DNA of 64,000 nucleotides, taken from the NCBI GenBank assembly GCA_030704615.1, contig CM060732.1:8618001-8682000 (forward strand). The letters are read 5' to 3'. The position numbers were made by a program, and so were the translations under genes. Below, piece by piece: positions 25,611 through 39,049 of this stretch. How positions within the stretch are numbered: the first letter of the stretch is position 1; every line of letters begins with the position of its first letter. The stretch is from Takakia lepidozioides. Taxonomy: Eukaryota > Plantae > Bryophyta. The notes under the pieces were generated by a model. It made no database searches, was not told the DNA's origin, and saw only the letters and a program-made list of their open reading frames with translations.

Positions 25611-28600
25611 ATGAGTGATGAAAGAGAAGCTAGACTCCAGAGATATTCAGCAAAAAGAGAAAGTTATCTGAAAGCTAATTATCCATATCTTTGGGAGAGA
25701 GGAATAGACATAGGGGAATCATCTGGACCTCTCACACCATTAAGATCAGAGAGTACATCACCCATACCGGAAGAACTAGAGTTGGATGCCACTCCTTCTT
25801 TTTTCTTGCAAGAAAGATAAGGGAATCGGTACAGGAAGAAGATCAACCACGAGGTGAAAGATCTGAGGTACATCCCTGGATAAAAGATTTGACAGAAATC
25901 TTTGATAAGAGTTGGCATGGAACACCAAAAGCAGGAACTCCAGTTTTTGAAATGGAAGACGAAGAAGGAGGAGAGGATGTGGCAAATCCCGACGAGTTCA
26001 GACTCTCCAACACCATTGCAATTGAGTTACATAGTGAAGAAGAAACCCAAGGGCAAAACTTGGAAGATGAAAACAGAGAAGAAATTGGAAGAGAAGAGTA
26101 TGAAGAAGTAGACCCAAACAGCTGAGGTTGAGACTACAACCAGGACATCCCAACCCGTTGGACCTGGATCAAGTAGAGCACTTGGATCACATGCCAACGA
26201 AGGTGTCGGCTCAGGGGGATCTGGCTCTGGGGGGACAGAGAGTGTGGGAAGTAGTGCAACTGGAGCTGGGAATACTGTGAATATAGTGGGGCCAGTAGCA
26301 GGGAGTGCTCAGGGGCCAGCACTGGTGGTGTTGGTCCTCAAGGACCAGCACCAGCAAGGGGGCCAGCACCTGTCAATGGGCAGGGGGTAGGGCCACAGAT
26401 GGGGTTACAACCAACACGGGCAAAACCACCTTTTCCAATATATTCAGGAAAAGGGGATCCTGACGTACACATTAGCCAATTTGAGCACATGTGTATTGTG
26501 AACAATGAGAATGGCGATGATGCCAAGATGAGACTATTTCCTTGTTCACTTATAAAGAAAGCAAGTGAATGGTATGCAAGATTCCCTGATAATCATTTCC
26601 TAACCTGGAATGGCTTGAATATAACATTCCGAAATAGGTTCAGGACAAGTAAAACTGAGGATGAAGTGTATGGAAGTTTACAACAGTTAAAGCAAAAGAA
26701 GCATGAAACTGTTGAGGAGTATATGGAAAAGATGGAATTGATGATGGAAAAGCTGGCTGTTGTACCAGCACCAGGTTTACAGAAGACTTGGTTTGTGAGT
26801 GGACTAAGACCAGAGTTGCAAAAGAAAGTGGATATGTTACCCCATAATACAGTGGAGGAGGCATTTGAAACAGCGAACAGAATTGAGCAATTGGGAATGC
26901 TCAGGAGAGAGAAAAGGGATGATGAGACTCTGAGGATGAGTCAGATGAGGAAGAAGCAAGAGCTAAGAGGAAGAGTAAGAGGAAGGAAAAGTTGAAGAGG
27001 GATAACTATGAGAAAAGATTAGAGAAATCTTGAAGAAGTATGCCACAGAGGCTGCAACACATTGGAGGAAGGGTGTTTGGTGTGCAAAATGCCAGAATGA
27101 AGGCCATACCACCACTGAATGCTACATGAATGGATAACCATTCTACTGAGAATTGTTACTACAACAGAAGGACAGCAGCAAGAGAACCTAGGCAAGTAAG
27201 GGTGCATCAAGTGCAGCCCCAGCCAAGAAGAAACAGTGATCAGGACCACTATGGTAGGCCTGGTGGTTATAACAATGGCATGGAAGGGAGAGGTAATCCA
27301 AGAGGGAATTACCAAGGAAATTCCAGAGGCAACTATCAGGGTAATCCAAGGGGAATTACCAGCCAGGGAATCAGGATTACAGAAACAATCCCATAACAGA
27401 CCAAGGGCGAGGACCTAATGGGGAAGAACTGTGTTACTATTGTAATCAGGCAGGACATCGCAAGGCAGCCTGTCCATTCTGGATCAGACACCAGAATGAG
27501 ATGAGAGCTCTTGTGAATGAGGGGCCAGTGGTGGCAGCTCACATGGTTAGGCCATGTGTTGTACCAGAAGTAAGTACAATGATAGTAACAGAAGCAAAGC
27601 CAAAAAATACCTCCAGTAGATGAGGAAGGTGATGATAATGAAGATGGCAGTGATGTGCCTGAAGATGATGAGGCTTGGAGAGATGAGAAGGAACTGCACA
27701 AGGAAGTGGCAGATACCATAAGGGAAATGCAGAAGAGTACTGATATTCCTATGGCAGATTCCTCTGATTCTGAAAGAGAAGAGGAAGTGAGTGAGGATGA
27801 AGGGAAGAAAGAAGCTGCAGAAATGCAGAGTAATGAAGGGACTTTGGCTGAAGTAATATGCCAGTCCAAAGCGGAGATTACCATTGACAGCTATTGGTGT
27901 GGCACCTTATTGTAGACACAGGCTGTATCAAGCAATCAATCGAATTGCCCATGTGACAGGGAACACAGACCTGAACAGCAAGGTGACCAGTTTAATGTGA
28001 AGCCGAAGGGCGAGAAACAGTCATGGACTTTGATGATTCTATGCCAGTAATCCAATTGAGAATTGGAAGCACAGAACTAACTGATGTACTGATAGATGGA
28101 GGCTCTGGAGTGAATATCATGACAGACCAATTAAGGCAGAAGCTTGGTCTAAGTAACATGAAACCAGCCCCATTTACAGTAACAATGGCAGATCAAAGAA
28201 GTGTACAGCCATTGGGATTGATAAGAGGAGTTAAGATACAGATTCAAAAGATGATCTTTAAGATCACAGTAACTGTGTTGAAAATGGATGAAGTCATGGA
28301 AGCTTACTCCTTATTGCTGGGTCGAGTGGCTGAAACAGGCAGGGTATTCCATGACTGGAATTCCCAGTTACTAACTGTGCATGATGGGATGCACAAGATA
28401 CAAATCACCACTAAGAAATCTAGTAGACTACCTGCTACGAGAAGACCTCGAGGGTCAGGGAGTATGACTGGAGGGGAGGACTTGATGAGGAGCAGGAAGC
28501 TACCCTTTCGCTGCACACCCAGAGTGGGAGCAGGTTGCAGAGATGCAACTGGAAGGCCTAAGTTGTTTAAAAGGTATCTTGCTGTGGTGTAGTGACAGCA

Positions 28601-31560
28601 ACACCAATTGAGGGTGAAACAAGCAGTTACCCACCACATTTCTATGAAGAAAGAGAGGGAGAAATGGAAATCCTAGAGGAACCAGCCACTGTGAGTTTAC
28701 AGGATGAAGTGGTGACTGGTTGGACAATCACAGCTGATGAGCAGTGAGAGAAGTGAATGTGGGAACTGAAGGGGAACCGAGGATGGTGAAGGTAGGGGCT
28801 GATTTGGAGCCAGAATTCTTTGAGGAAGCTAAGAGTCTGTTCATCAAATACAGAGATGTATTTGCTTGGAGCTACGAGGATCTGAAAGGGATACCACCTG
28901 AGATCTGTCAGCATAAGATTGAACTGGAACCAGGGTCAGTACCAATCAAACAGGCAAGGTACAATGAATCCCAACTATGCACAGAAGGTTGGAGAAGAGA
29001 TCAAGAAGTTGGCTGAGGCTAAGTTTATATACCCGATAGAGTATACAACTTGGTTGTCACCCATTGTGATAGTTCCAAGAAGAATGGTAAACTGAGAGTT
29101 TGTGTGAACTATAAGAAGTTGAATGCTTGTACGAAGAAAGATCCTTTCCCTTTGCCATTCACAGAAGCGGTATTGGACACTGTGGCAGGCCATGAGATGT
29201 ACTCATTCATGGATGGCTTCAGTGGTTATAATCAAGTGCAAGTGGCAGAAGAAGACCAGGGAAAGACAGCTTTCATCACAGACTGGGGTGCTTATGCATA
29301 CAAAGTCATGCTTTTTGGACTTTGTAATGCACCAGCAACCTTTCAGAGAGTGATAAGTGAATCTTTTCATGAGTATCTGGATGATTTCATGCAGGTGTTC
29401 TTGGATGATTTCAGTGTGTACAGCTCTAAGAATGAGCACTTGCATAAATTGGAGTTATGTTTGGCCAGATGCAGGATGAGAGGTCTGGGCCTGAATCCAG
29501 AGAAGTGTACTTTCTGTGTGAACTCAGGGGTGCTTTTGGGACACATTGTGTGTAAGAGGGGACTTCTTGTGGATCCCAGAAAAGACAGAGGCCATTAAAG
29601 CCTCTCCACCACCAGTAAATGTTAAGAGTCTAAGGAGATTCCTTGGACAAACCAGTTATTACAGAAGATTTGTCAGACGGTATGCACAGATAGCACCACC
29701 ATTGAGCAAGCTTCTGAAGAAAGATGCAGTGTTTGCATGGACAGCTGAATGTCAACAGGCTTTTGAGGAACTTACATTGTCAGTAACAACTACACCTGTG
29801 CTGATTAACCCTCACTGGCATGTAGTATTTCATGTTCACTGTGATGCCTCAGGAGAAGCGTTGGGAGCAGTGTTAGCCCAAAATGTTACAGGAAATATAG
29901 ATTCACCTGTGTACTATGCTAGCAGGTTGATGAACAGTGCTGAAAGGAACTATAGCACAACTGAAAGAGAAGCACTGGCAATGATTTATGCAGTCAAGAA
30001 ATTCAGGCATTACCTATTGGGAAGGAAGTTTATGTTTTATGTGGATCACCAGGCTCTGATATATCTGGTGAACAACCTTTGATAAGTGGAAGGATAGCAA
30101 GGTGGTTAATAATCTTGCACGAGTTTGAGTTCGAAGTTGTTTACAAGCCTGGCCGTTTGCATCTTGTGGCAGATCACTTGTCACGCCTATCAACAGGAGA
30201 GCCCGCCAGGAGTAGACGACCAATTACCTGATGCGAGTTTATTTGCAGTGGAGGTGCAGGGAAGTGCAGATGACTGGTTAGATTGGCAGTGGCCAATCAG
30301 ATACTACCTTACTCATGGTCAGTGCCCACCTAGTTATGGAAAGGAGCAGAGGAAGAGAATCGCTATCAAGGCTTTACCTTATACTATGGTAGGGGGCAGA
30401 ATGTATAAGCTAGGACCTGATGGAGTACTTAAACGATGCTTGTACCACCATGAAGTAAATAAAGTTTTGGAGGAAGTTCATAAAGGAGTGGCTGGAGGTC
30501 ATTTTGGAGAAGAGACTACCAGTAGAAAGATACTACTTGCAGGTTACTGGTGGCCTACTTTGTTCAAGATGTACACAAGTATTTGTAAGAGTTGTGATGA
30601 GTGTCAGAGGCTAGGACCATTGCAGAGATCTGGGAAGATGGCTTTGCATCCTACGATGCCTACTGAACCATTTCAGAAATGGGGACTAGACTTTGTTGGA
30701 CCAATTAACCCACCAGCCAAGAATACACAGAACAAGTATATATTCACAGCCACTGATTATACTACAAAGTGGGTGGAAGCTAAAGCTCTGAGGGACAACA
30801 GCTAAGTCCACACAAGGTTCCTGTATGAGAACATACTTACGATTTGGCTGTCCCCTGGAATTCAGTGACCAGGGAAGTCACTTCATTAATGAGACCATAG
30901 AACTATTGACTAAAGAGTTCATGATTGTGCATAGGAAGAGTACAACTTATTACCCACAGGTAATGGGCAGGCAGAGGCTACCAACAAAATACTATGTACT
31001 ATCTTGGCTAAGATAGTCAATGCAAACAGAACAGATTGGGATACAAAGCTGCTGACAGCTTTGTGGTCATACAGGACTTCATATAAAGTCACCACTAAGT
31101 ATACACCATTCCAATTAGTTTATGGTATGGAAGCTTTACTTCCAGTGGAATTCTTGTTACCTACCATGAGAACTGAATGGGGAAGGAGAATGGAATTGGA
31201 AGATTCAATTAAGGTCAGGAAACATGAATTTACCATGTGGAAGAAGTACGTGCTGATGCAGCTGATAACATGACCAGAATTCAGATGAAGAGGAAGGATC
31301 AGTTTGATGAAGGTAAATTAAAGACTTTTAAGACGGGAGATTTGGTACTGTGGTTGCAGAAGAAGGGGAAGATTAAAGCTTCTAAGCTTAAATCACCATG
31401 GAAAGGACCTTATGTCATACAGAAGATGTATGATAATAACACCGCCATGTTACAAACCATTAACAAAAATGCTGGGAAGAGTCAATGCCAATAAGTTGAA
31501 GGGATACAGTGGTATCCATGACAAACCATTGCAGCACGATTTGCATGTTGAAACACAAAA
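25611..31560 (+). pseudogene. A2 gag-pol, many small frameshifts
   Basis: Gag (FPCSLIKKASEWY), CCHC knuckles, PR (LIDGGSG), RT (FLDDF), RH (CDASG), INT (H..GGH..C..C, WGLDFVG, DQGSHF) and WKGPY. Confidence 0.92.
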
Positions 31561-31764
31561 CAGTCACGGGCTGCGCCAGTGATACCAACGGAGTATGGAG
31601 CACTTGTCGCTAAGCCGAGCGTGTATGACCAGGGCGGGAAGTACAGGTGTTGCATAGCTATCACAGCCCACCACAACACAGCCCACATCACAACAGCGAC
31701 AGGCCGCCACAACAGCCACATCACAGCCGTCACAGGACACAGCCTGTCACAGCCAACACAGCCC

Positions 31765-34700
31765 ATGCGGGTTACACAGTCCATTGGGTTAGTGACAGGT
31801 GGACGCGGGTTAACGTCAGAAAAGTGGCCGTCAAGTGAAGAAGAGGTTTGAAAGTCAAACTCGGAGAATATGCCACGCGGAGAGGGGAAGTCGGGGGCAT
31901 GTCTAAAAATGGACACGTGGCCACTAAGGCGAAGCACACCGCAGTGCATAGATTGCAAGTGGGTCCTCATCATGCAAGAGGACAAAACGGGCCGTCAAAG
32001 TACCTACCCGGTACATCAGCTAAAATATTTTGTGGGCCCATTAATGCATTCAGGGCAGGGTAACAGAACACTTTCCGAGTACAGAAAAAAAGGACTTATG
32101 CCACATGTGCTGTCCTACTGGACATTCCAGGTGGAATGTCCACGGAGGGGGGTGGAATTAAGAAGTTACCTAATCAGGCAACAGCCAATCAGGAGTGAGA
32201 ATTTCATGTAGGTGGTTCCCTCCAAGAAATAAGAACAAGAAATTGGAAGTGTTATGAGCGGAAGAGTCAGGGTGGCTCCGAATAGCCAGTGTCTCGACGG
32301 GAGGGGCAATCAAAGCACTAGCTTTGTAGCTATGGCGGACGTAACGGATTACACGCTCGCTTTACTTCTCACGCAGTGGCGCAAGGACGAACGATTGAGA
32401 GTACATTTTCTCTCACTCGATACTTGCAAGCCCCACAGGCTTACACCACTTACCTGTTCTATTCTGTGCCAACCATACCTTATGCTCTGTGCCCTGCAAG
32501 CTTTCCTTCAGCTGTTTCAAAAAAAGGCCTTTTTGTTTGTCTAGAATGAAGAGAGTGAGGGGAATGGAGGATATCAGAGTGAAGAGCACCACGATTCTGC
32601 AGAAGCAAACAATTGCTACAGCGCAGATAGTGCAGCTGCTGAGGGAGTTACGATTGGAGGGGCTGCTACGCAAAGACTGGTCCGTGCATCATCAGCAGTA
32701 TATGATTCAATTTCTTCAGAACTTTGAGCCTCGGACGGGAGTTAACCAGGTGAGGGGAGAGTAGATATAGAAATTACTCCCCAGTACTTGCAGCAATTGT
32801 TTGATTTGCCATTTGGTCATGTGGATGTGGATGAGCACAGGGCAAGATTGCAGATAGGGAATTTGTTCCAAGAAGGGAGTTTCTTTAAGACTCAAGTTAC
32901 GCTTGTACCAAAGCCGAGTACCCAGGGCTCAGAGAAGTTGGCCAAATATTGAACGTTCTGTTTGCCATGAAACAGAACCAACAATATTTGAGTAGGTCAT
33001 TCACAGAGGAGATCCTGAAAGCTTTGAGGGGTGAGGATGTAGCTTGGGCAGAGTTAATGTACAATGGTCTGGTGGAAGAGATGAAGAGGTTACAGGGCAC
33101 TGCTGCTAAGTCTCCGATCATTGTGTCTGGTCCAGTCATTGCCCAAATCATTCTTGACTCTTGCATACTTGATACTCGAGAACGTAAGGAGATGGGAGTG
33201 TTTGAGGCAGTAACCACTGCAATTGAAGAGCAGGGCTCTTCACATAGTGAGGGTGGACTGGCAGGGCAACACCAGTCTAAGAGACAGAAGCGGGGTAAGA
33301 CTGTAGTGGCGGATCCACTGGCTTCACGGAAACCGCAAGATGATGTTTCCCAAGCTCTTATGCGGGATGGGGCACAGCAGCACAGAGGGCTATTATTATT
33401 GGAAGCATGGCCTTCGGAGAGGGAAGAGGAAGTCATTTTGGTACCACAGCCATCACAGCCAGTTGACTTAGTTGTCTCAGTTGTCTCAGAGGTTCCATAG
33501 TTAGAACATGTTGTGACACCACCCCCAATTGCTCTGGACGGAGAAAGGTTGGACATTCCCACTACAGAGCACGTCGTGGCAGAAATTGAGAAGGTGACCT
33601 TCTCTATGAAAACTCTGGCTTTGGTAAGGGAATCAGTGGTTCCAGAGGTGCAGAGTTTGTCCAGGGAATCCCCATGTTGTGCATGTATACCCACACCTGT
33701 GACGGAGGTACCAGGGGTAGAATATAGACACTGCAGCACCTGTGGAGGATGAGGTGGGATCTGGTGGGGCAATGGCATGAATGGTTGGTGAAGCATCACA
33801 TTGTGGAAGATCAGGGGGAACAGCAGCAAGTTCACCATGATGACCCCCAGCAGGCTATGCTTATGAGTTCCATAAGTAGGACACTCAGTTTGTTGGGCAC
33901 TTATGTGAAATCCCATGTTCCATCTACCCAATTGGCAGCTTTGAAGGAGGAGCTCAGGAAAGAGTTTGAACTCGATTGCAATGAGTGTGCTAACAAGGTA
34001 GATGATGAGGTCAATCTCAAGTTACAGCAAGAGTTGGAGGACACAAAGGCTGCCTTGCAGTTGGCTAAGGGACATTTGATTGAAGCAGGTCTCTCGAGTA
34101 GGACCAGTTGCATGAAGCACATAAGCAACAGTTATACCAATTACAGGTGAAGCATGAGGGCAAGTTGCAAGAAGTGAACGTACTACATACAGAGTTGGAG
34201 GCAGTACATCAGAGGATGACCATACAATGTGCTACACTAACAACTGCTCTAGAACAAACTGCATTAGAAGTTAACAGATAAGGGGAGAGATATATGATGG
34301 CAGAAGCTGAGATAATAGAGCAAAGGAAACTCATTGTTGATTTGCAAGCTACAATCTGTCGCAATGATAATACTTTCCAACAGTATAGACAGGTTGAGGT
34401 TGACTATGAGAGGTACATCCTTGGGTTGCAACAAACAGTCATGGTCAATAGAAATGAACTCTGTGTGGCTAACAAGGCTTGGAAGGAAGCCAATAATCTG
34501 GCTGCTGTCTATGCGGGCCTGGTTGAACCTCATGCAAAGCGCATAGAGGCTTTACAGCAGCAGTTAGATGTGTACAGACTCACGGAGGAGCAGACTCTCA
34601 GGGGTGCCACACAGGACTTGGTGGATAACACCTTATGCAGGTATGGTTAGCACAAGGGCCGGTAGAAGGCAAAGCACCAAGGAAGCTCACCCAGGGCGAG

Positions 34701-36080
34701 ATGAATGAGCTCAGATTGCAAGTGCAGAACATTGCCACAACTACTATAGACAATGTCTATAGTAGGATAGCGGAGCTACAGGAGGATGTGGAAGGCCTGC
34801 AGACTCAAGTGGATGACCTGAGTTCAAATATTGACAAGAGAGTCTTTGTTCCTGAGGAGCAGCTGATGGCTACTTATTTACATGCCAGGACTCTAATTTT
34901 TCAATCTTCTTTGCAGGGGGTGCAAGAGATGCCAGTAATAGAAGGGCCAGTAGTACCAATACCACAGCAGGTGCCTGTGCAGGTAGCTGACCCTGTTGCT
35001 ACTACAGCCAAACCACAGCCTGAGGTATGGGGGGATGCTGCTTTTAACCCTCCTAGGACTCCTGTTGCACGGGAGTACAGTCGAGCTATGATTATGCCCT
35101 TCAACCAAATTTCCATTGTGCTGGATTTGGCTTGGAAGGAATTTAGTCCTCCGTAGTCGTTGGCACATTACTACCGATCATGCGCATTTGTTTGCCGGTG
35201 ACCACTCGGACTAAGGTTCTTCCGAACAATCGACCCATTGAGGATCATCACTTTGCCAGGTACTGGTCTGAGGCAGGTACCATGCTGAAGGAATTAATTG
35301 CCTTCCAGGTTGTACATGGGTACATCTATACCAAGACCAAAGAGGTATCTAGTATTGTCATGGGCTGTGGATTATACTATGCTACTTGTTTTATGGCACG
35401 TTATCACATTGAGCAGCAGAAGATGCAATCACAATTTCTGAGTTATTCCAGTGGGGATTATTGGGTCTTACCTTCAGTGCCACCTCATATGTACCTATAT
35501 GATGCAAAAGTTATGATGCAGAAGGATTCCCAACTCGTTCATGTTTAATTCTGCTTGGAACAATTTGGCAACACAGAAATTCGGCCTTGAGGATATTTTC
35601 TTTAAGGGACATGAAGCCTGGAAATACTTACACTGTTCCAAAGTCATTGGCACACCTCTCACCTATACGGCTAAGGAGTTCAGGCTGTTCACTAATTTTG
35701 CTTGCAAGCGCTTACAGCAAGTTGTACAATTTAAACTTCCAGACATGGTGGGCCTACATTGTATGCCATGCAGGATTCCCGAGAAGCCACTTAAAGTTTG
35801 GCCGTTAATACACCTAAGGGGGGACGAGGATTCTGATACTATTGTTTCTTCAGCGGACTCTTTTGACATGGCAGAGGACTATGCACTCCAGATGGCAGAG
35901 AAGAAATGACGGGGATCTCCTATGCCTGAGAGGTTACCTCGTTATCAGCCAAAGGAGGGTCAGACATTTCCCGGTAGTGCTCAATCATCTCCATCAGCCA
36001 GTGACAGGACTCGGGCTCGCACATGGAGTCCTTCACGAGACTCTCACCGACAGAAGGGTGCTCGCTCACAAAGGTTTGCT
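31765..36080 (+). pseudogene. A2 3' extra ORF region (zinc knuckles, plant transposon protein-like domain, coiled coil)
   Basis: CHMCCPTGHSRWECP knuckle; YMIQFLQNF..VRG..EITPQYLQQLFDLP and VAWAELMYNGLVEEM..GPVIAQII resemble the Transposase_32-type domain of Athila/Tat 3' ORFs. Confidence 0.7.
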
Positions 36081-36111
36081 GATCCCAAACAGTAAACCGT
36101 GTGGACACGGC

Positions 36112-36133
36112 TTTTTGAGAGGGGGAGGGGTAA
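36112..36133 (+). promoter_or_regulatory. Polypurine tract of A2
   Basis: TTTTTGAGAGGGGGAGGGGTAA immediately before the 3' LTR. Confidence 0.85.
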
Positions 36134-37057
36134 TGTTAGAGGGCTGCTTGGGACTTAGACGCTTTTTACGGGTTCTGTGGGGTACCATTAATTTTTGCGT
36201 AGACTGAGACCAACAGGAGCCTAGGAAGTGGCAGGAGCAGGCTTTAGGGGGGTTACACAGCCCGTCACAGTCTATCACAGCCCGACACAACTTCACACAG
36301 CCCGACACAGCTTCACACAGTCCGACACAGCTTCGCACAGCCAGTCAAAGCCCGACACAGCTTTATACAACCCAACACAGCTTTACACAGCCAGTCACAG
36401 CTCAGCACAGCTTTACACAGTCTGTCACAGTACATGGGGAACAGTTATCATTGACAGGGAATGACTGTGTGGGAACGACATCTGTAGAGGGAACGTGTTA
36501 CTTCAGGGGTGACGGTTAGTTAGTTAGGTGGTTAGAACAGCTTGCGAGTAGATTAGGCAGAGCGGCAACAGGAAGGAGATCACATCTTGAGGAGGGCAAC
36601 TTGTTCAGGAGAGGAAGAGACGTAACGGAGAGTGAAAACAGTGAAGAGGAGATTATGACTTGAATGAGGCTTAGTTCATGCAAGCTGTAAAATTATACAG
36701 TAGGATAGAATAGAGACACCATGGCATAGGCATGATACATGATTAATCTTTAATCCGATACTGAATTGATACAAACATACTGTGTAGAGAGACACGAGAG
36801 AAGCTGTGGAATGAATGCATGATTAATTGGAACTTAGTAGATAATGAAGCAATCTGATGCTTCAGTATACACGGTAAGGTAAATTGATAACATGAAGGCA
36901 GGAAGGAATACAAATAGGAAGCACAACCATGATTCACTAGCTGCAGGTCATGACTGATTGTTGTGAGCGGGCTGAGTGCTTAGAGATATCCAACTCTTCT
37001 ATCTTGGAGTTTCCACCTCGGATAGCGAAGGGATGGGTGAGTAAAAGCCGCTCGACA
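36134..37057 (+). repeat. 3' LTR of A2
   Basis: TGTTAGAGGG..CGCTCGACA, 924 bp. Confidence 0.92.
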
Positions 37058-38858
37058 ACCTGCTCTGTAGTGGGAATGTCCAACCCTTCTCTTTCCAGAG
37101 CCATAGGCTCTGGTGGAATCGCATGTACTAACTGAGGTACCTCTGAGACAATCGATTCAACTGGCTGTGATGGCTATGGTACCGAAGTGACTTCTTCTTC
37201 CCACTCCATAGGTCGTGCTTTTAGTAATAATAGCCCTCTGTGCTGCTGTGCCGCATCCTGCACAAGAGCTTGGGAAACATTATCTTGAGGCTTTCTTGAA
37301 GCCAGTGGATCCGCCACTACAGTCATACCCCTCTTCTGTCTCTTAGACTGGTGTTGCTCTGCTAGTCCACCCTCACTATGTGATGAACCCTGCTCCTCCA
37401 TTGCAGTGATTGTTGCCTCAAACACTCCCATCTCCTTACGTTCTCGCGCATCAAGTATGCAAGAGTCAAGAATAATCTGAGCAATGACTGGGCCAGACAG
37501 GATGATCGGAGACTTAGCAGCAGTGCCTTGTAACCTCTTCATCTCTTCCACCAGACCATTGTACATTAACTCTGCCCAAGCTACATCCTCTCCTCGCAAG
37601 GCTTTCAGTATCTCCTCTGTGAATGACCTGCTCAAATACTGTTGGTTCTGTTTCATGGCAAACAGAACGTCAGTATTTGGCCAACATCTCTGAGCCCTGG
37701 GTACTCGGCTTTGGTGCAAGCGTAACCTTGAGTCTTCTAGAAACTCCCTTCTAACAGATTCCTTATCTGCAATCTTGCCCTGTGCTCATCCACATCCACA
37801 TGACCCGATGGAAATTCGAACAATTGCTGCAGGTACTGGGGAGTAATTTCTATATCTATTCCCCTCACCTGGGTTACCCCCGTCCTAGGCTCAAAGTTCT
37901 GAAGAAATTGAAGCATATACTACCGATGATGCAAGGACCAGTCCTTGCGTAGCAGCCCCTCCAATCGTAACTCCCTCAGCAGCTGCACTGCCTGCGGTGT
38001 AGCAAATGTTTGCTTCTACAGTATCGTGGTGCTCTTCACCCTGATATCCTCCATTCCCCTCACTCTCTTCATTCTAGACAAACAAAAAGGCCTTGTTTGA
38101 AACAGCTGAAGAAAAGCTTGCAGGGTACAGAGCATAAAGGTATGGTTGGCACATAATGGAACAGGTAAGAGCGTGTAAGCATGTGGGGCTTGCAAGTATC
38201 GAGTGAGAGAGAATGTACTCTCAATTCGTTCGTCATTGCGCCACTGCGTGAGTAGTAAAGCGAGCGTGTAATCCGTTATATCCGCCATAGCTACAAAGCT
38301 ATAGCTTTGATTGCCCCTCCTGTCGAGACACGGGCTATTCGTAGCCACCCCGACTCTTCCGCTCATAACTCTTCCGATTTCTTGTTCTTGTTTCTTGGAA
38401 GGAACCACCTGCATGAAATTCTCGCTCCTGATTGGCTGTTGCCTGCATAGGTAACTTTTTAATTCTACCCCCTTCAGTGGACATTCCCACCTGGAATGTC
38501 CAGTAGGACAGCACATGTGGTAAAAATCCCTCTTTTCTGTACTCGGAAAGGGTTCCGTTACCCCTGCCCCGAATGCATTAATGGGCCCACAAATAGTTTT
38601 GGCTGATGTACCGGGTAGGTACTTTGACGGCCTGATTTGTTCTCTTGCATGATGATACCCACTTCTGCAATTTATGCACAGCGGTGTGCTTCGCCCTAGT
38701 GACCACGTGTTCGTTTTTAGACATGCCTCCGACTTCCCCTGTTTATGTGGCACATTCTCCGAGTTTGACTTCCAAACTTCTCTTTCACTTGACGGCCACT
38801 TTTCTGACGTTAACCCGCGTCCACCTGTCACTGACCCTATGGACTGTGTAACCCGCAT
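37058..38858 (-). pseudogene. A1 3' extra ORF, proximal part
   Basis: ORFs 38016-38858 (280 aa, two degenerate CCHC knuckles) and 37174-37719 match A2 31765-33560. Confidence 0.75.
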
Positions 38859-39049
38859 GGGCTCTGTTGGGTTGTGACAGGCTGTGTCTAACTGTGGTGG
38901 ACTGTGATAGGCTGTGTGACACTGTGATGGGTTGTGATAGGCTGTGTGATGCTATGGTGGGCTGTGATAACTGTGCAAACACCCGTGTTCTCCGCTCAGG
39001 CCATACACATTCAGCTTTACGACAAGTGCTTCATGCTCTGTTGGTATTA

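Larger units (their letters stand above)
24344..37057 (+). mobile_element. Full-length Ty3/Gypsy element A2 nested in A1 (same family, opposite strand)
   Basis: TG..CA LTRs at both ends; target duplication ACCTC/ACCTG (4 of 5); the flanks rejoin as the A1 3' ORF. Confidence 0.93.

Noticed and set aside
32897-33931. 344-aa minus-strand ORF
   Set aside because: Antisense shadow of the 3' extra ORF; no motifs and not maintained as one frame in A1.
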